A stretch of DNA of 64,000 nt from Clostridia bacterium (GCA_017469545.1 JAFUGE010000006.1:95167-159166); one strand, 5' to 3'; shown: positions 1 through 10,496, counted from the first letter of the stretch. The notes: generated by a model from the sequence alone, not told the origin. Translations and numbers: made by a program.

Positions 1-873
1 ATTAGAGATATTGCAGAAGGCATTGAGTTGTGGAGCGGGGTATTTACAGGAATTGCAGTGACAGGATATTTGGCAATACTGCTTTATATGGGCATCCAAA
101 TATTAATTAATTCGACATCTAGCAGAAGAGCAGAGTTTAAGAGATTTTTAATTGACTGGATTGTGGGGCTTGGAATTCTATTCTTTACGCCACTTTTGGT
201 TAAGTATGCGATAGAAATGAATGACGATTTGGTGGCATCAATTGAAAATCAAAAGGTTGCGGCAGCGCAGTCTACAACGCAATTAACGAATGCAAAACCA
301 AATATGAGTATTAGTGCTGACGCAAAGGCACCTGATATAAATGCATGGTCGAAGTCCTTAGACGAAAATCCTTTTCAAAATAGCAGTAATTATATGGCAC
401 AGATGGCAAATCAAGCAGAAAGTACGAAGAGACTTTCTTATGCTGTTGTATATTTGATTATGGCTTGGCAATTATTATTGATTGTCGTGGCTTATTATAG
501 AAGATTGTTCTTAATTGGATTTTTGCTAGTGCTATTTCCACTTGTTGCACTTAGCTACGCAGTGGATAAGGTCAGAGATGGAAAGTCGCAAGCGTTTGAT
601 AGATGGGCAAAAGAAATTTTCCTTAATATCTTTCTTCAGACATTCCACGCCATTATTTATGTGTTTGCGATTAATGCAAGTTTTGTTGGCGGCAAGACGA
701 ACGACTGGATTATTATGATATTAGGTGTTTCTTTCTTATTCAAAGGAGAAGAAATTATCAAAGGATTGTTTGGACAGAAGTCGGATACAGCAGCGTCACT
801 TGCTAGTAGTGCAGCTAGGACGATTGCTACGTTTACTGCCGTGAAAGAGCGGAGGCAAGCGATTAAAGGATAA
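1..873 (+). CDS. multi-pass membrane protein, 5' end truncated by the window edge (possibly TrbL/VirB6-like)
   Basis: The frame is open from nt 1. It has several hydrophobic helices and no diagnostic motif. Confidence 0.45.
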   Translation: MRDIAEGIELWSGVFTGIAVTGYLAILLYMGIQILINSTSSRRAEFKRFLIDWIVGLGILFFTPLLVKYAIEMNDDLVASIENQKVAAAQSTTQLTNAKPNMSISADAKAPDINAWSKSLDENPFQNSSNYMAQMANQAESTKRLSYAVVYLIMAWQLLLIVVAYYRRLFLIGFLLVLFPLVALSYAVDKVRDGKSQAFDRWAKEIFLNIFLQTFHAIIYVFAINASFVGGKTNDWIIMILGVSFLFKGEEIIKGLFGQKSDTAASLASSAARTIATFTAVKERRQAIKG

Positions 874-895
874 TGTTATTGGAAAGAACAGCCAT

Positions 896-2494
896 TTGGG
901 AAGAGCAATTACTGCTAATCGAGAGGCAAGAAAATATGAGTTAATGGCAGATAATTTTGATGTACTTTCAAGTACAGGGCCTGAATTTAAAATGCCTGCA
1001 GCAAGTGCTTTGGCTCATGCACCAGCTGTGATGGACGCTGATGCAGAGCAAATTGGAGAGGCAATTCAAGTTTGGAACAATCGTGAATTTGTGCCTGCGG
1101 CAAAACTTGCGATTGCCATGGATAGAATTGCAAATTATCATGGCACGCATCCAGAAATGCTTCAAGATTTGAAGGCAAGCGGTGGAGCTTCTGGTATTGC
1201 AAGACTACAAGATGTGAAAGAGAATGCGATTAGGCAGTTAAATTCTGGAGTAGACAAGGCTACCGTAGAGCAGAATATTAAGCTTGAATTAGACACGATG
1301 TTTGAGGAGAAGGACGTGGAGAGAGTACAGCAAGCCTTGTATCGTCAGATGGCAATGCCACTAAATTCAAATCACTTGAAGCGTAATACTTTTGAGGGCT
1401 TTGTGAAAGCAGAGGTTAATGACGCAAGAGATAGACAGAAGGAAATTGCTAAGAGTTATTCAAATCTTAGTCCAACAGATGGAAGAATTGGCCGAGCTGT
1501 AAACAATGAGGCAAATGATTTGCTTGATAAAGTTTATGGCACAACAACGACGACAAGTGACCAAAAGGAGATGGCTAAGCAAGTTACAATTGTTGCAAAT
1601 AGAGCTTCTGGAAAGTTTAGTGAAAAGCAGCAAATAGAAGCTATGAGATATATTGCAGAGCATAAGGGTGACGACCAGAAATATCAGGATATGCTTGATA
1701 CTGCGCTTGACCAAGACTTTGACGAGCTTAATGCAAGCCTTGCAATTAGTGTAAGAGATAAAATTTCTGGTGGTGAGAACTATTCAGAGGATGTAAGGAA
1801 GTGGGCAGTAGATACAAAACAGCATTATGTGGACGAAGATAATGCTGCAGAAGAAATTAGTGTAGTTACGCTTTATAACGAAAGACTAAAGTCTGACGAC
1901 GAAATTGTGAAAGATATTGTCAATGAGAGGATTGCAATGAATCGCGACGAAGCTGAGATGCTTAGAAAATTTGCGGAAGATCTTGTTGTAGAGGAGAAAG
2001 CACCTGAAGCGACTGTCAATGGAATGACGAGAGACGATATCTTGGATAAGGCACAAATAGAAAGAGAAAAGGCTTCTGAAGAAGCTGTGAGAGCGACGGT
2101 TACGTCTGCTAGTGCAATACTTGCTAATCCGATTGGGGCAGCGGCAGGAATTGCGTTTGCTGAGACAGATAAGGGCCCATTTGCAGAGGGAGCAGCTGGT
2201 GCTTTTACTGGAATGGTTGCAGGAGACGCGGTTGCTGAGACTGTGATGGGTGGCACGAGAACAAGAACGTATAAAATGAGAAACCCTTATACTGGCGAGA
2301 TTGAAGAAGTAACATTGCGAGTGGGCGGAGCTTTTGCTGAAAATATCCAATCGTACAATGACCCTAGCTTGCCGTCAGATGTTTCTGCTAGAATCAGAGA
2401 CCAGTTCTTAGATACGAAAATTAAAAAGCAAAAAGCTGAAGACGAAGCGAGAAGAAAAGCGATTGACGCAGCAAATAAGAGAAATAAAATGTAA
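896..2494 (+). CDS. hypothetical acidic protein with a Gly/Ala-rich C-terminal segment
   Basis: A 532-aa ORF that begins 23 nt after the previous gene, with the same composition. No recognisable domain. Confidence 0.5.
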   Translation: MGRAITANREARKYELMADNFDVLSSTGPEFKMPAASALAHAPAVMDADAEQIGEAIQVWNNREFVPAAKLAIAMDRIANYHGTHPEMLQDLKASGGASGIARLQDVKENAIRQLNSGVDKATVEQNIKLELDTMFEEKDVERVQQALYRQMAMPLNSNHLKRNTFEGFVKAEVNDARDRQKEIAKSYSNLSPTDGRIGRAVNNEANDLLDKVYGTTTTTSDQKEMAKQVTIVANRASGKFSEKQQIEAMRYIAEHKGDDQKYQDMLDTALDQDFDELNASLAISVRDKISGGENYSEDVRKWAVDTKQHYVDEDNAAEEISVVTLYNERLKSDDEIVKDIVNERIAMNRDEAEMLRKFAEDLVVEEKAPEATVNGMTRDDILDKAQIEREKASEEAVRATVTSASAILANPIGAAAGIAFAETDKGPFAEGAAGAFTGMVAGDAVAETVMGGTRTRTYKMRNPYTGEIEEVTLRVGGAFAENIQSYNDPSLPSDVSARIRDQFLDTKIKKQKAEDEARRKAIDAANKRNKM

Positions 2495-2541
2495 AAAATA
2501 ATGACCGGATTTCCACGAAATAGGAAGTTCGGTCATTTCAA

Positions 2542-3603
2542 TTAATTCTTTAATATGCAGTCTATTTTCATTTCTGCACTTTGCTCAAAAATGCTATAGA
2601 ATACGTCATTGAATACGGCGTTGATTAGCGCAATGACGTTATTAAAGTTTTTATATTTGCAAGTAATTTTGTATTGATTATCATTTTCTAGCAGTACGGG
2701 AATGTTGTTGTTATATAGTTCGTTTAATACGGTTAAGGAGATGTCCTCCAAGTATAACTCGCCGAGTAACTCTGCCGGTTTGTGACCAAATTTAATGGCA
2801 ATTCTGCCGAGCGGCGATTTCATATAGGCCTTTTCCTGAAATTCATTTGCTTTATTTTCAACGATGGACTGAATGGCGTTCTCTAGATTTGTGTAGGATA
2901 TTTGGATTTCACAGTTGCCAGCGTTGTCAAATGAATTTCCTTCAAAATAACTATTTTCATTAATTAGTTTACAAACGGTAGATAAATCAAAGCGCGAGAC
3001 GTACCTGTCTAGGAACTTTCCAAAGTCATAGATAAAATTACCAATCATAATGTTATTGGCTTCGTTGTCGTCTTCTTTGAGCTCACAGTTTGTATATTCT
3101 TCGATATAATCTTTGACAGATTTAAAAGGGTCTACTTCATTCGTGAGTAATTTGATGTAGGTAGGAATGTCGTAGATGTTCCTGATATCAATGTTTTTCG
3201 AGATGCACCATTTAATAAAAGCAAAAGAGTTTAGACCATATTTTACTGGTTTTTCTTTAGCAATGAAAGTACCAATGAGCGCGCTGCTGATAGAATTTAG
3301 CCTAATCACATAGGTTTTTCTTTGGTCAGTGGTAACATACAATTTCGAGAAATTTGCCGTTGGATTTAAGCTAATATAACTGCTATTTTCAATGGCGGCC
3401 ATGGACTCTAAAAAGTCTTGATCGTCTGCAATGTAGATAATTTCATTGTCGCTCGTCTCTTCAAATTTGATTGAAGTAAATTCCAACAAGAACTTTTCGA
3501 TTTCGTCCGGATTTTCAATACTTTGCAAGTCGGAAATCAAAGAGCGTGTGCCGTTTAATTTGCCAGACAAAAGAACCTTTTTACTCTCTAAAGTAGTATC
3601 CAT
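2542..3603 (-). CDS. hypothetical Asn-rich protein
   Basis: A 353-aa ORF, lower in GC than its neighbours, divergent from truA. No motif recognised. Confidence 0.5.
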   Translation of the reverse strand: MDTTLESKKVLLSGKLNGTRSLISDLQSIENPDEIEKFLLEFTSIKFEETSDNEIIYIADDQDFLESMAAIENSSYISLNPTANFSKLYVTTDQRKTYVIRLNSISSALIGTFIAKEKPVKYGLNSFAFIKWCISKNIDIRNIYDIPTYIKLLTNEVDPFKSVKDYIEEYTNCELKEDDNEANNIMIGNFIYDFGKFLDRYVSRFDLSTVCKLINENSYFEGNSFDNAGNCEIQISYTNLENAIQSIVENKANEFQEKAYMKSPLGRIAIKFGHKPAELLGELYLEDISLTVLNELYNNNIPVLLENDNQYKITCKYKNFNNVIALINAVFNDVFYSIFEQSAEMKIDCILKN

Positions 3604-3720
3604 AAAACATCCTCCTTACTTAAAAACATCACATCTGTCTTCCATAGGAATTATAGCATACGAGTTGCTTGTTTTCAATAATTGTGGTAAAATTATGCAA
3701 ATGATAGGAAATGAGGGCGA

Positions 3721-4464
3721 ATGATGCGAAATATAAAAATAATCATTGAATATGATGGGAAGAATTTTGCTGGCTGGCAAAATCAACCTGGAAAAGTAAG
3801 CGTGCAAGGAGAAATTGAAAGAGCGCTTCATGAAGTAACTGACGAAGAAATCAATGTCATGGCTTCTGGCAGAACGGATGCGGGAGTGCATGCGCTTGGA
3901 CAAGTTGCAAATTTTCATACGAATACGAATATAGAAATTCATAAAATTCCTTATGCGATTAATTCGAAACTTCCAAAGAGCATTAGGGTAACGAGTGCGG
4001 AAGAAGTAGAAGAAAGGTTCCATGCGAGATATAATTGCAAGGGGAAGACGTATCGATATATCATTAATAATCATGAATTTCCTTCGGCATTAAATCGTTT
4101 TCGAGAGTTTCATATTGCACAAGAATTAAATGTGGAGGAAATGAAAAAGGCCTTGCAATTTTTTGAGGGAACGCACGATTTTAAAGGCTTTAAGTCTTCT
4201 GGGGGAAGCGAAAAGAAAACGACAGTTAGGACCCTAACTAAGTGCGAATTGAAGGAAGAAAATAAAATCATTACTGTGGAATTATCGGGGGATGGATTTT
4301 TATATAACATGGTTAGAATTATTGTGGGAACGATTGTGGATGTTGGACTAGGGAAAATCAAGGCGGACGATATCCCAGATATTATTGCTTCTTGTGACAG
4401 GACAAAAGCGGGAAAAACCTTGCCACCACACGGATTATATCTCGTACAAGTAAATTATCTGTAG
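3721..4464 (+). CDS. truA: tRNA pseudouridine(38-40) synthase TruA
   Basis: The N-terminal IEYDGxxFxGWQxQ and RTDAGVHA motifs are present. The TAG stop lies inside a REP-like repeat. Confidence 0.9.
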   Translation: MMRNIKIIIEYDGKNFAGWQNQPGKVSVQGEIERALHEVTDEEINVMASGRTDAGVHALGQVANFHTNTNIEIHKIPYAINSKLPKSIRVTSAEEVEERFHARYNCKGKTYRYIINNHEFPSALNRFREFHIAQELNVEEMKKALQFFEGTHDFKGFKSSGGSEKKTTVRTLTKCELKEENKIITVELSGDGFLYNMVRIIVGTIVDVGLGKIKADDIPDIIASCDRTKAGKTLPPHGLYLVQVNYL

Positions 4465-4486
4465 GGGCGGCGTAATACGCCGCCCG
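4460..4486 (+). repeat. REP-like GTAG-hairpin repeat (variant GGGCGGCG...CGCCGCCC)
   Basis: TGTAGGGG followed by an 8-bp GC stem, a loop and its complement, then CCCG. It donates the truA TAG stop. Confidence 0.8.
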
Positions 4487-4606
4487 CGCGTTCTTAATGA
4501 TATTTGTCACTTTTTTGAAAATGTTAGAACTTTTGTTTGACAAGAACACCTATTTGTGATATTATCTTTTTGAACAATCATATCTTAGAAAGGGTGTTGT
4601 TAAAAA

Positions 4607-5302
4607 ATGAAAGAAACAAAAACTACAAAAACCACAAAATCGACTAAGAAAGAGGATAATGTTGTCAATATATCAGAGGCAAAAGTGACAGATAAACAAA
4701 TGCGTGTTTTGAACTACGTCAAAGAATGTATTAGAAGAGATGGTTATGCACCATCAGTTAGAGATATTTGCAAGGCGCTAGATTTGAAGTCTACTTCTAC
4801 GGTTCACGGATACTTGGTAAGACTTCAAAAGAAAGGTTTAATTCAAAAGGCCGCATTAAAGCCTAGAACCATTACAATTACAGGCGATAATCATTCAAGC
4901 GAAGATAAGCCTTTTTATACTTCAAAAGAAATGGTAGACGTGCCAATTGTCGGAAAAGTTACTGCAGGCGAGCCAATTTTGGCTGTGGAAAATATAGAGG
5001 ATTCCTTCCCACTTCCAATTGATTTCGTTGGAAATTCGGAAACATTCATGCTTAGAGTTCGCGGGGATAGTATGATTGAAGCCGGCATTTTGAGCGGCGA
5101 CTTAGTGCTAGTAAAACAGCAAAATACCGCTGAAAATGGCGATATTGTAGTAGCACTAATCGAGGACGAAGCTACAGTAAAAACATTCTACAAAGAAAAA
5201 GGATTTATTCGTTTGCAGCCGCAAAATAGTTTCATGCAGCCAATTATTGTGCCTACTTGTACAATACTAGGAAAAGTGGCTGGCGTATTTAGAAAATTAT
5301 AG
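4607..5302 (+). CDS. lexA: LexA repressor (S24 peptidase) with a Lys/Thr-rich N-terminal extension
   Basis: HTH region, AGEP cleavage-site context and [12 protein letters not shown] plus GDIVVA motifs. A candidate Cheo-like box GAACTTTTGTTT overlaps the -35. Confidence 0.9.
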   Translation: MKETKTTKTTKSTKKEDNVVNISEAKVTDKQMRVLNYVKECIRRDGYAPSVRDICKALDLKSTSTVHGYLVRLQKKGLIQKAALKPRTITITGDNHSSEDKPFYTSKEMVDVPIVGKVTAGEPILAVENIEDSFPLPIDFVGNSETFMLRVRGDSMIEAGILSGDLVLVKQQNTAENGDIVVALIEDEATVKTFYKEKGFIRLQPQNSFMQPIIVPTCTILGKVAGVFRKL

Positions 5303-5351
5303 TATAAAATAAAATTACCTCCTAATAATATCATTATTAGGAGGTTTGTTT

Positions 5352-5534
5352 ATGAAAAAATCTTTTTTAAATAAGCTAGGGCTAAACAATGCCAATGTAA
5401 GAAGAAAAGGAAGCGGAATCATTGAGGATAGAACAGAATATGGAGAATTTATTGCAAGCTTTGATGCGTGGATGACGCCAGAAGAGCAGAAAAAACGAGC
5501 AGAACACTTGCAAAACTTAGGAAAGAAGAAATGA
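5352..5534 (+). CDS. small hypothetical protein (60 aa)
   Basis: AGGAGG lies 7 nt upstream of the ATG. That RBS is base-paired within a perfect hairpin (5318-5344). Confidence 0.35.
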   Translation: MKKSFLNKLGLNNANVRRKGSGIIEDRTEYGEFIASFDAWMTPEEQKKRAEHLQNLGKKK

Positions 5535-5536
5535 AC

Positions 5537-5620
5537 TATCCAAGGGGGACTATCCAAGGGGGACGGAGGAAAATGGATAAAACCTTATCCATTTTCCTCC
5601 GTCCCCCTTGGATAGTTAAT
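5537..5620. terminator. bidirectional terminator with a 27-bp perfect stem between convergent genes
   Basis: CCAAGGGGGACGGAGGAAAATGGATAA and its reverse complement, plus a direct repeat ACTATCCAAGGGGG x2. Confidence 0.6.
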
Positions 5621-6344
5621 CTTCTTTTACCAAGTACACATTCCACTTCTGTCTGCCAAGTTTTAATGCGTAGCTTTTATCGAATACGGCGTAATCAAAA
5701 CGGTATTTCCCTTTGACGGCGTTTCCAGTGTCCATTGCAACTACATAGCCAAGGCCTTCTACATAGAACTTGGTTCCTAATTTCCAATATTTTGTGTCTA
5801 CTGCAATAGAAACTCCTGCAATGATTGGCTTTCCGGAAGCGGTATACCCTAGATTATTGCTACATTCTTCCACGCTTGGCGTATAAGCAGTGCCTTCAAA
5901 TTCTCCAACATATTCTAATTTGCTATAGTCAACAGGAGAAGTTACTTCTTCTGCTTGTCCATAGTTTTGAGGCTTGATGCCTACGTCGGCGGCTGTTTTC
6001 AATGACTGTTGCAATTTAATGTTTTCTTGTGCAAGATAAAGATTGTTTTTTGCAATGATTTCAGCTTCTTCTAGCATTTGCTGTCTTTCTTCTTCTAATT
6101 GGTCTTTTTCCTCTTGAATCTGAGCCTTCTGCTCTTCTAACTCACTTGTTTGCTGATTTAGCACTTCATGTTTTTTGGCATACTGTGCAATCGTGTCTTG
6201 AGAATAAAGCCCAACAAGTGCTGTAACAGCAAAAAGGCTGAGGCAAGCACAAGAAATTCCTTTGATTAATTTTTTATGTTTCATTTCATTTTTTCTAAAA
6301 TTAAATATTGATTTATACTGAGGAGCAATATCCGATCTGCTCAT
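5616..6344 (-). CDS. 3D-domain (MltA-like) cell-wall protein with signal anchor and coiled coil
   Basis: C-terminal 3D domain (GTAYTP...AVDTKYWKLGTKFYVEGLGYVVAMDTG). Start was set at MSRSD, which has an AGGAGG RBS, because the longer ORF would overlap the tmRNA. Confidence 0.75.
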   Translation of the reverse strand: MSRSDIAPQYKSIFNFRKNEMKHKKLIKGISCACLSLFAVTALVGLYSQDTIAQYAKKHEVLNQQTSELEEQKAQIQEEKDQLEEERQQMLEEAEIIAKNNLYLAQENIKLQQSLKTAADVGIKPQNYGQAEEVTSPVDYSKLEYVGEFEGTAYTPSVEECSNNLGYTASGKPIIAGVSIAVDTKYWKLGTKFYVEGLGYVVAMDTGNAVKGKYRFDYAVFDKSYALKLGRQKWNVYLVKED

Positions 6345-6367
6345 TATTTTCCTCCTAATAGCAAGTT

Positions 6368-6716
6368 TGGTGGAGCTGACGAGAATTGAACTCGTGTCCG
6401 AATACCCTAAAATATCAACTTCTCCGAGTGCAGTTTGTTTTTTAAAATTTCCGCGATAAAACGCCAACAAACAGGCTTTTTATTTTGGTAACTTGATCAA
6501 ATACCCACTATCGCAAAGTTTTGATAGTTTCGTTTCCACTTTATTTGACGCCCGATGCTAGCCAAGTGGCACACTAGGTCGAACGAAGCCGCACTTAGGC
6601 AGCTAATGCGAAATTATTTTCGTTAATTATTTTTTCTCTCGTTTTTTAGATGGCCTACGAGAATCCATCACTCGCTATTGATATCCGCAGATAACCGTCG
6701 AAACCATTACAGCCCC
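6368..6716 (-). ncRNA. ssrA: tmRNA (SsrA)
   Basis: tRNA-like 3' end GGACACGAGTTCAATTCTCGTCAGCTCCACCA, a 5' GGGGCTG acceptor strand, and an internal tag reading frame ending ...NENNFALAA followed by TAA. Confidence 0.8.
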
Positions 6717-6845
6717 ATATACGGATGAACGGCTTTGCCGTTACATAGTTATTATAACAGATTATTATTTTTTTAGCAATGGAAATTATGATTGATTTCT
6801 TTTTTGTTTTATTATATGATAATTACCATAGAGGAGGAAGAACGA

Positions 6846-8126
6846 ATGAAGAAAATAATTGTTTTAGTGGTAATAATTTTAATAGTTGCTTTTGGCATAT
6901 TTTATTTGGCAACTGATACGCTAAAGCCAACGGAGACACTAAGTGATTTGGAGGCGTCAAAGCTTGCGAATGAGGCGTATTTAGATATATTAATTGATAT
7001 GGAGCAGTATGATAAAGATTCTGTGGAGAAATATAGGCTTTTAGAGACGGCGATGCGAATTGCAAGAGAGCTTGATTTGGTGCAAAGCATCGAAGAGCCG
7101 ATTTACAGAGAATATGTGCCGAGAGAGACAGTGCATACCATCATTCAGGAATTGACCGGAATTACCCTAGAGGGGCCGATTGTGGAGGAAGATTTCTATT
7201 ATTTGTATGACGACGAGAATGATTATTATTATATTGTTCCTGTTGGTACGGATTGGATTCACTTGGGGAAAGTGAAAGAGGCTATCAAGAAAGGAAACCT
7301 TTATACTATCAATTGCACAGGCGTTGTGAGTGATTATAACGGCGGCACAGACACTGTGTACGACAATATGAAAGTGACATTGCTTAAGAGAGACGATTAT
7401 AAGTATGTAAAGTACCAGCTTGGAGGAATTGAGACTTCTGAGAGAAAACAATTTGATGCGTATAATCCTTATGAGGCAAATGAGTATGGCATAAGTGAGC
7501 TAGGAAGAAGTTTAGTGGCCTATTCTTTTACGCCAAGTGCTTATGACAGGACGATTTTGCTTAATTTTGAGATTCACGGGTTTGAAGATAAATTTGACAG
7601 AGATGGTCAGGTTTTGGTAGATACAGCCAATCGATTGATGGAATACTATAACGAAAATCCGGAAGCCTACAGAAATACTAGAATTGTGATTGTTCCATCG
7701 GCAAACCCAGATGGATTAGCAGAGGGGACATCGAATAATGGTTTTGGACGTTGCAATGCGAGCGGTATTGATTTAAACCGAGATTTTGATGCGGAATATA
7801 AAGTGTTTACGAATGAGAGAAACAAGACTTTAGAGGCTTTTTCAGCGCCAGAGTCTAGGGCATTACGTGATTTGGTTTTGCAATATGACCCGGATGTAGT
7901 AATTGATTTTCACGGCTGGGAGAATGACACGATTGGTGATGGTTCGATTGCGGAAATCTTTGAAGAAGAGCTAAATTTAGCGCATAAGACGGAATTTAAT
8001 GTAAATTGCAGCGGCTATTTTTCATACTGGGCACATCTAAACGGCGCCGAGGCACTACTTGTAGAATTTACAGACGAAAACATCCCATTTGATAATTTAG
8101 TAAAAGCATTAGACAAAATTATATAA
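6846..8126 (+). CDS. M14-family zinc carboxypeptidase / gamma-D-glutamyl-diamino-acid peptidase-like, N-terminal membrane anchor
   Basis: HGxE, NPDG and NRDF motifs of the M14 fold. RBS GAGGAGGAAG precedes the ATG at 6846. Confidence 0.7.
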   Translation: MKKIIVLVVIILIVAFGIFYLATDTLKPTETLSDLEASKLANEAYLDILIDMEQYDKDSVEKYRLLETAMRIARELDLVQSIEEPIYREYVPRETVHTIIQELTGITLEGPIVEEDFYYLYDDENDYYYIVPVGTDWIHLGKVKEAIKKGNLYTINCTGVVSDYNGGTDTVYDNMKVTLLKRDDYKYVKYQLGGIETSERKQFDAYNPYEANEYGISELGRSLVAYSFTPSAYDRTILLNFEIHGFEDKFDRDGQVLVDTANRLMEYYNENPEAYRNTRIVIVPSANPDGLAEGTSNNGFGRCNASGIDLNRDFDAEYKVFTNERNKTLEAFSAPESRALRDLVLQYDPDVVIDFHGWENDTIGDGSIAEIFEEELNLAHKTEFNVNCSGYFSYWAHLNGAEALLVEFTDENIPFDNLVKALDKII

Positions 8127-8139
8127 AACATCTTCGCAT

Positions 8140-8167
8140 GCAGCACGGTATCACCGTGCTGCATTTT
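8140..8167 (+). terminator. rho-independent terminator after the M14 peptidase gene
   Basis: GCAGCACGGT-ATC-ACCGTGCTGC followed by ATTTT. Confidence 0.6.
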
Positions 8168-8318
8168 CGGGGTGGCAGAAAAGTGAGTGCCCTGGCAGAA
8201 ATTGGAAACGTGCGCATTTTCGGCGTCGCTGAAAATGCGCATTCTGGAAGAAATTGGAAAGATGCGCGTTTTGGGGGTGGCGGAAAAGTGTGCATCGCGA
8301 TTGCCCCTGCATTTTGTG
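8168..8318. repeat. two degenerate ~50-bp tandem units with internal hairpins, upstream of the prfA promoter
   Basis: ...GGCAGAAATTGGAAACGTGCGCATTTTCGG... and ...GGAAGAAATTGGAAAGATGCGCGTTTTGGG.... The hairpin GCGCATTTTCGGCGTCGCTGAAAATGCGC is present. Confidence 0.5.
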
Positions 8319-8383
8319 CTTGAATAAGTAGCTGGTGTGTAGTATAATAGTAGCGCAAAAATAAACTAAATTAGAGGTGCGAT

Positions 8384-9439
8384 ATGTTTGATAAACTAGA
8401 GAGCGTGGAGAAGCGCTATGAAGAATTGAATATGAAAATCAGCGACCCTGAGGTGATTGCGAATCAATCAGAGTGGAAAAAGCTTATGAAAGAGCACGCT
8501 GATATTGAGGATATTGTGGAGAAGTATCGAGAGTACAAAAAAGTTGTTAATACCATAGAAGAACTAAAGGAAATGCTAAATGACAAGGAAATGCACGATT
8601 TAGCGCAGGCCGAGCTAGACGAGAGTAAGGAAAAACTTCCTAAAATCGAAGAAGAATTGAAGCTTTTATTAGTTCCGAAGGACCCAAATGACGATAAAAA
8701 CGTTATTATGGAGATTAGAGGCGGTGCTGGCGGAGAAGAGTCTTCTCTTTTTGCGGCAGATTTGTTCAGAATGTACAGTATGTATGCGGAGAAGAAGAGA
8801 TGGAAGTTTGAAGTAATGAACTTGAATGAAACAGAGCTTGGCGGCATCAAAGAGGCATCCATTATGATAACGGGTAAGGGCGCATACAGCAGATTGAAAT
8901 TTGAGAGTGGCGTGCATAGAGTGCAAAGGGTTCCAGAGACGGAGACGAGCGGTAGAATTCACACTTCTACGGCTACGGTGGCTGTGTTGCCGGAAGTAGA
9001 CGATGTGGAGATTGAAATCAATCCTACTGATTTGAAGATAGATACATTCCGTTCTAGCGGCGCCGGTGGACAGCACATTAACAAGACGGAGTCTGCTATT
9101 AGAATTACGCATATTCCGACGGGCGTGGTAGTGGAATGTCAAACAGAGCGTTCTCAAATCCAAAACAGAGAATCGGCTATGAAAATGCTTCGCTCGAAAC
9201 TTTATGAAACAGAGCTTGAAAAGCAGAATTCAGAGCTTGCAGCCGCAAGAAGAAGCCAGGTTGGAAGCGGCGATAGAAGCGAGAAAATCAGGACTTACAA
9301 CTTCCCACAAGGAAGAATTACAGACCACAGAATTGGCCTTAGTATGTTCCAAGTAGACGAGTTTATGAATGGCGGCATAGACGAGATGGTGGATGCGCTT
9401 AATGCGGCGGATCAAGCAGCTAAACTAAGTGATGAGTAA
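8384..9439 (+). CDS. prfA: peptide chain release factor 1
   Basis: GGQ motif ([14 protein letters not shown]) and an RF1-type PxT region (QRVPETE). Confidence 0.9.
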   Translation: MFDKLESVEKRYEELNMKISDPEVIANQSEWKKLMKEHADIEDIVEKYREYKKVVNTIEELKEMLNDKEMHDLAQAELDESKEKLPKIEEELKLLLVPKDPNDDKNVIMEIRGGAGGEESSLFAADLFRMYSMYAEKKRWKFEVMNLNETELGGIKEASIMITGKGAYSRLKFESGVHRVQRVPETETSGRIHTSTATVAVLPEVDDVEIEINPTDLKIDTFRSSGAGGQHINKTESAIRITHIPTGVVVECQTERSQIQNRESAMKMLRSKLYETELEKQNSELAAARRSQVGSGDRSEKIRTYNFPQGRITDHRIGLSMFQVDEFMNGGIDEMVDALNAADQAAKLSDE

Positions 9440-9443
9440 AATC

Positions 9444-9470
9444 TGTAGGGGCAGCGTATTACGCTGCCCG
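9444..9470 (+). repeat. REP-like GTAG-hairpin repeat
   Basis: TGTAGGGGCAGCGTATTACGCTGCCCG. Confidence 0.85.
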
Positions 9471-9510
9471 TTTTGCGATTTTATCAATTGAAAAACAATA
9501 TTGAAATTTG

Positions 9511-9538
9511 CGGGCGGCGTGCTACGCCGCCCCTACGG
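9511..9538 (-). repeat. REP-like repeat, inverse orientation (GGGCGGCG variant)
   Basis: CGGGCGGCGTGCTACGCCGCCCCTACGG. Confidence 0.85.
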
Positions 9539-9626
9539 AAACAAATAAAAAACAAGAAAAATGTGTTGACTTATTAGACAGAAGATGTTAAAATATAAAT
9601 TGTTATTGTTAAATGGAATAATTATG

Positions 9627-9872
9627 CAAAAGACATACGGAAAGGCGAGTTTTGAAGCAATGAAATGCGTAGGATTAAAACAAGTGCTAAAGGCAATTGA
9701 GGCAAACGAGGTAACAAGAGTTTATATCGGAAAAGACGCGGAACAACACGTGCTTGACAGGATTATTAGTGCTTGTGAGGGAAAAGAAATTGAAATTGTA
9801 GAAGTTGATACAATGAAAAAGCTGGGCGAAATGTCTGGCATTGAGATTGGGGCTGCTACGGCAGCAGAATAA
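9627..9872 (+). CDS. ribosomal protein L7Ae-family protein (YbxF/RplGB-like) at the head of the str operon
   Basis: About 81 aa with the L7Ae fold signature (KQVLKAIEANEV...GKDAE...KLGEMSGIEIGAA), upstream of rpsL as in Bacillus. Confidence 0.7.
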   Translation, partial: QKTYGKASFEAMKCVGLKQVLKAIEANEVTRVYIGKDAEQHVLDRIISACEGKEIEIVEVDTMKKLGEMSGIEIGAATAAE

Positions 9873-9884
9873 TGTGAATATAAT

Positions 9885-9911
9885 TGTAGGGGTCGGCGTC
9901 TCGACGACCCG
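9885..9911 (+). repeat. REP-like repeat, compensatory stem variant
   Basis: TGTAGGGGTCGGCGTCTCGACGACCCG. Confidence 0.8.
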
Positions 9912-9964
9912 CGCCCATACAATATATATATAATATTTATTTCAAGGAGGTGAATTAAGAAGAA

Positions 9965-10378
9965 ATGCCAACGATTAACCAATTAGTTAGAAAAGGAAGA
10001 AAAGACAAGACATCTAAATCAAAGGCTCCTGCATTGCAGAAGGGCTACAACTCTAAACTAAAAAAGGTAACTAACCAATCAGCACCACAAAAGAGAGGAG
10101 TTTGCACAGTCGTTAAAACAACGACACCTAAAAAGCCAAACTCAGCTTTAAGAAAGGTTGCAAGGGTAAGACTTACAAATACGCAAGAAGTTACTGCTTA
10201 CATCCCAGGTGTTGGACACAACCTACAAGAGCACAGCGTTGTTCTTATTAGAGGCGGAAGAGTAAAAGACCTTCCAGGTGTTCGTTACCACATTATTAGA
10301 GGTACGCTAGACACAGCTGGTGTGAAAGATAGACAACAAGCTAGATCTAGATACGGAGCTAAAAAGTCTAAAAAGTAA
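9965..10378 (+). CDS. rpsL: 30S ribosomal protein S12
   Basis: [12 protein letters not shown]...PNSALRK. Confidence 0.95.
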   Translation: MPTINQLVRKGRKDKTSKSKAPALQKGYNSKLKKVTNQSAPQKRGVCTVVKTTTPKKPNSALRKVARVRLTNTQEVTAYIPGVGHNLQEHSVVLIRGGRVKDLPGVRYHIIRGTLDTAGVKDRQQARSRYGAKKSKK

Positions 10379-10496
10379 TTGATTTAGAAGGTGCTTTTAA
10401 TATATAGATTAGTTTATAGATAAAAGCACTTACGGAAAGCGATAATGCTTTCAGAGTACCTTGTTATGCGAGTTTTCGCATACGAAGAAATTTTAA

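Noticed and set aside
8138-8323. 61-aa ORF and minus-strand ORFs across the prfA upstream repeats
   Set aside because: They lie entirely within the hairpin/tandem-repeat region, have no RBS, and have repeat-driven composition.
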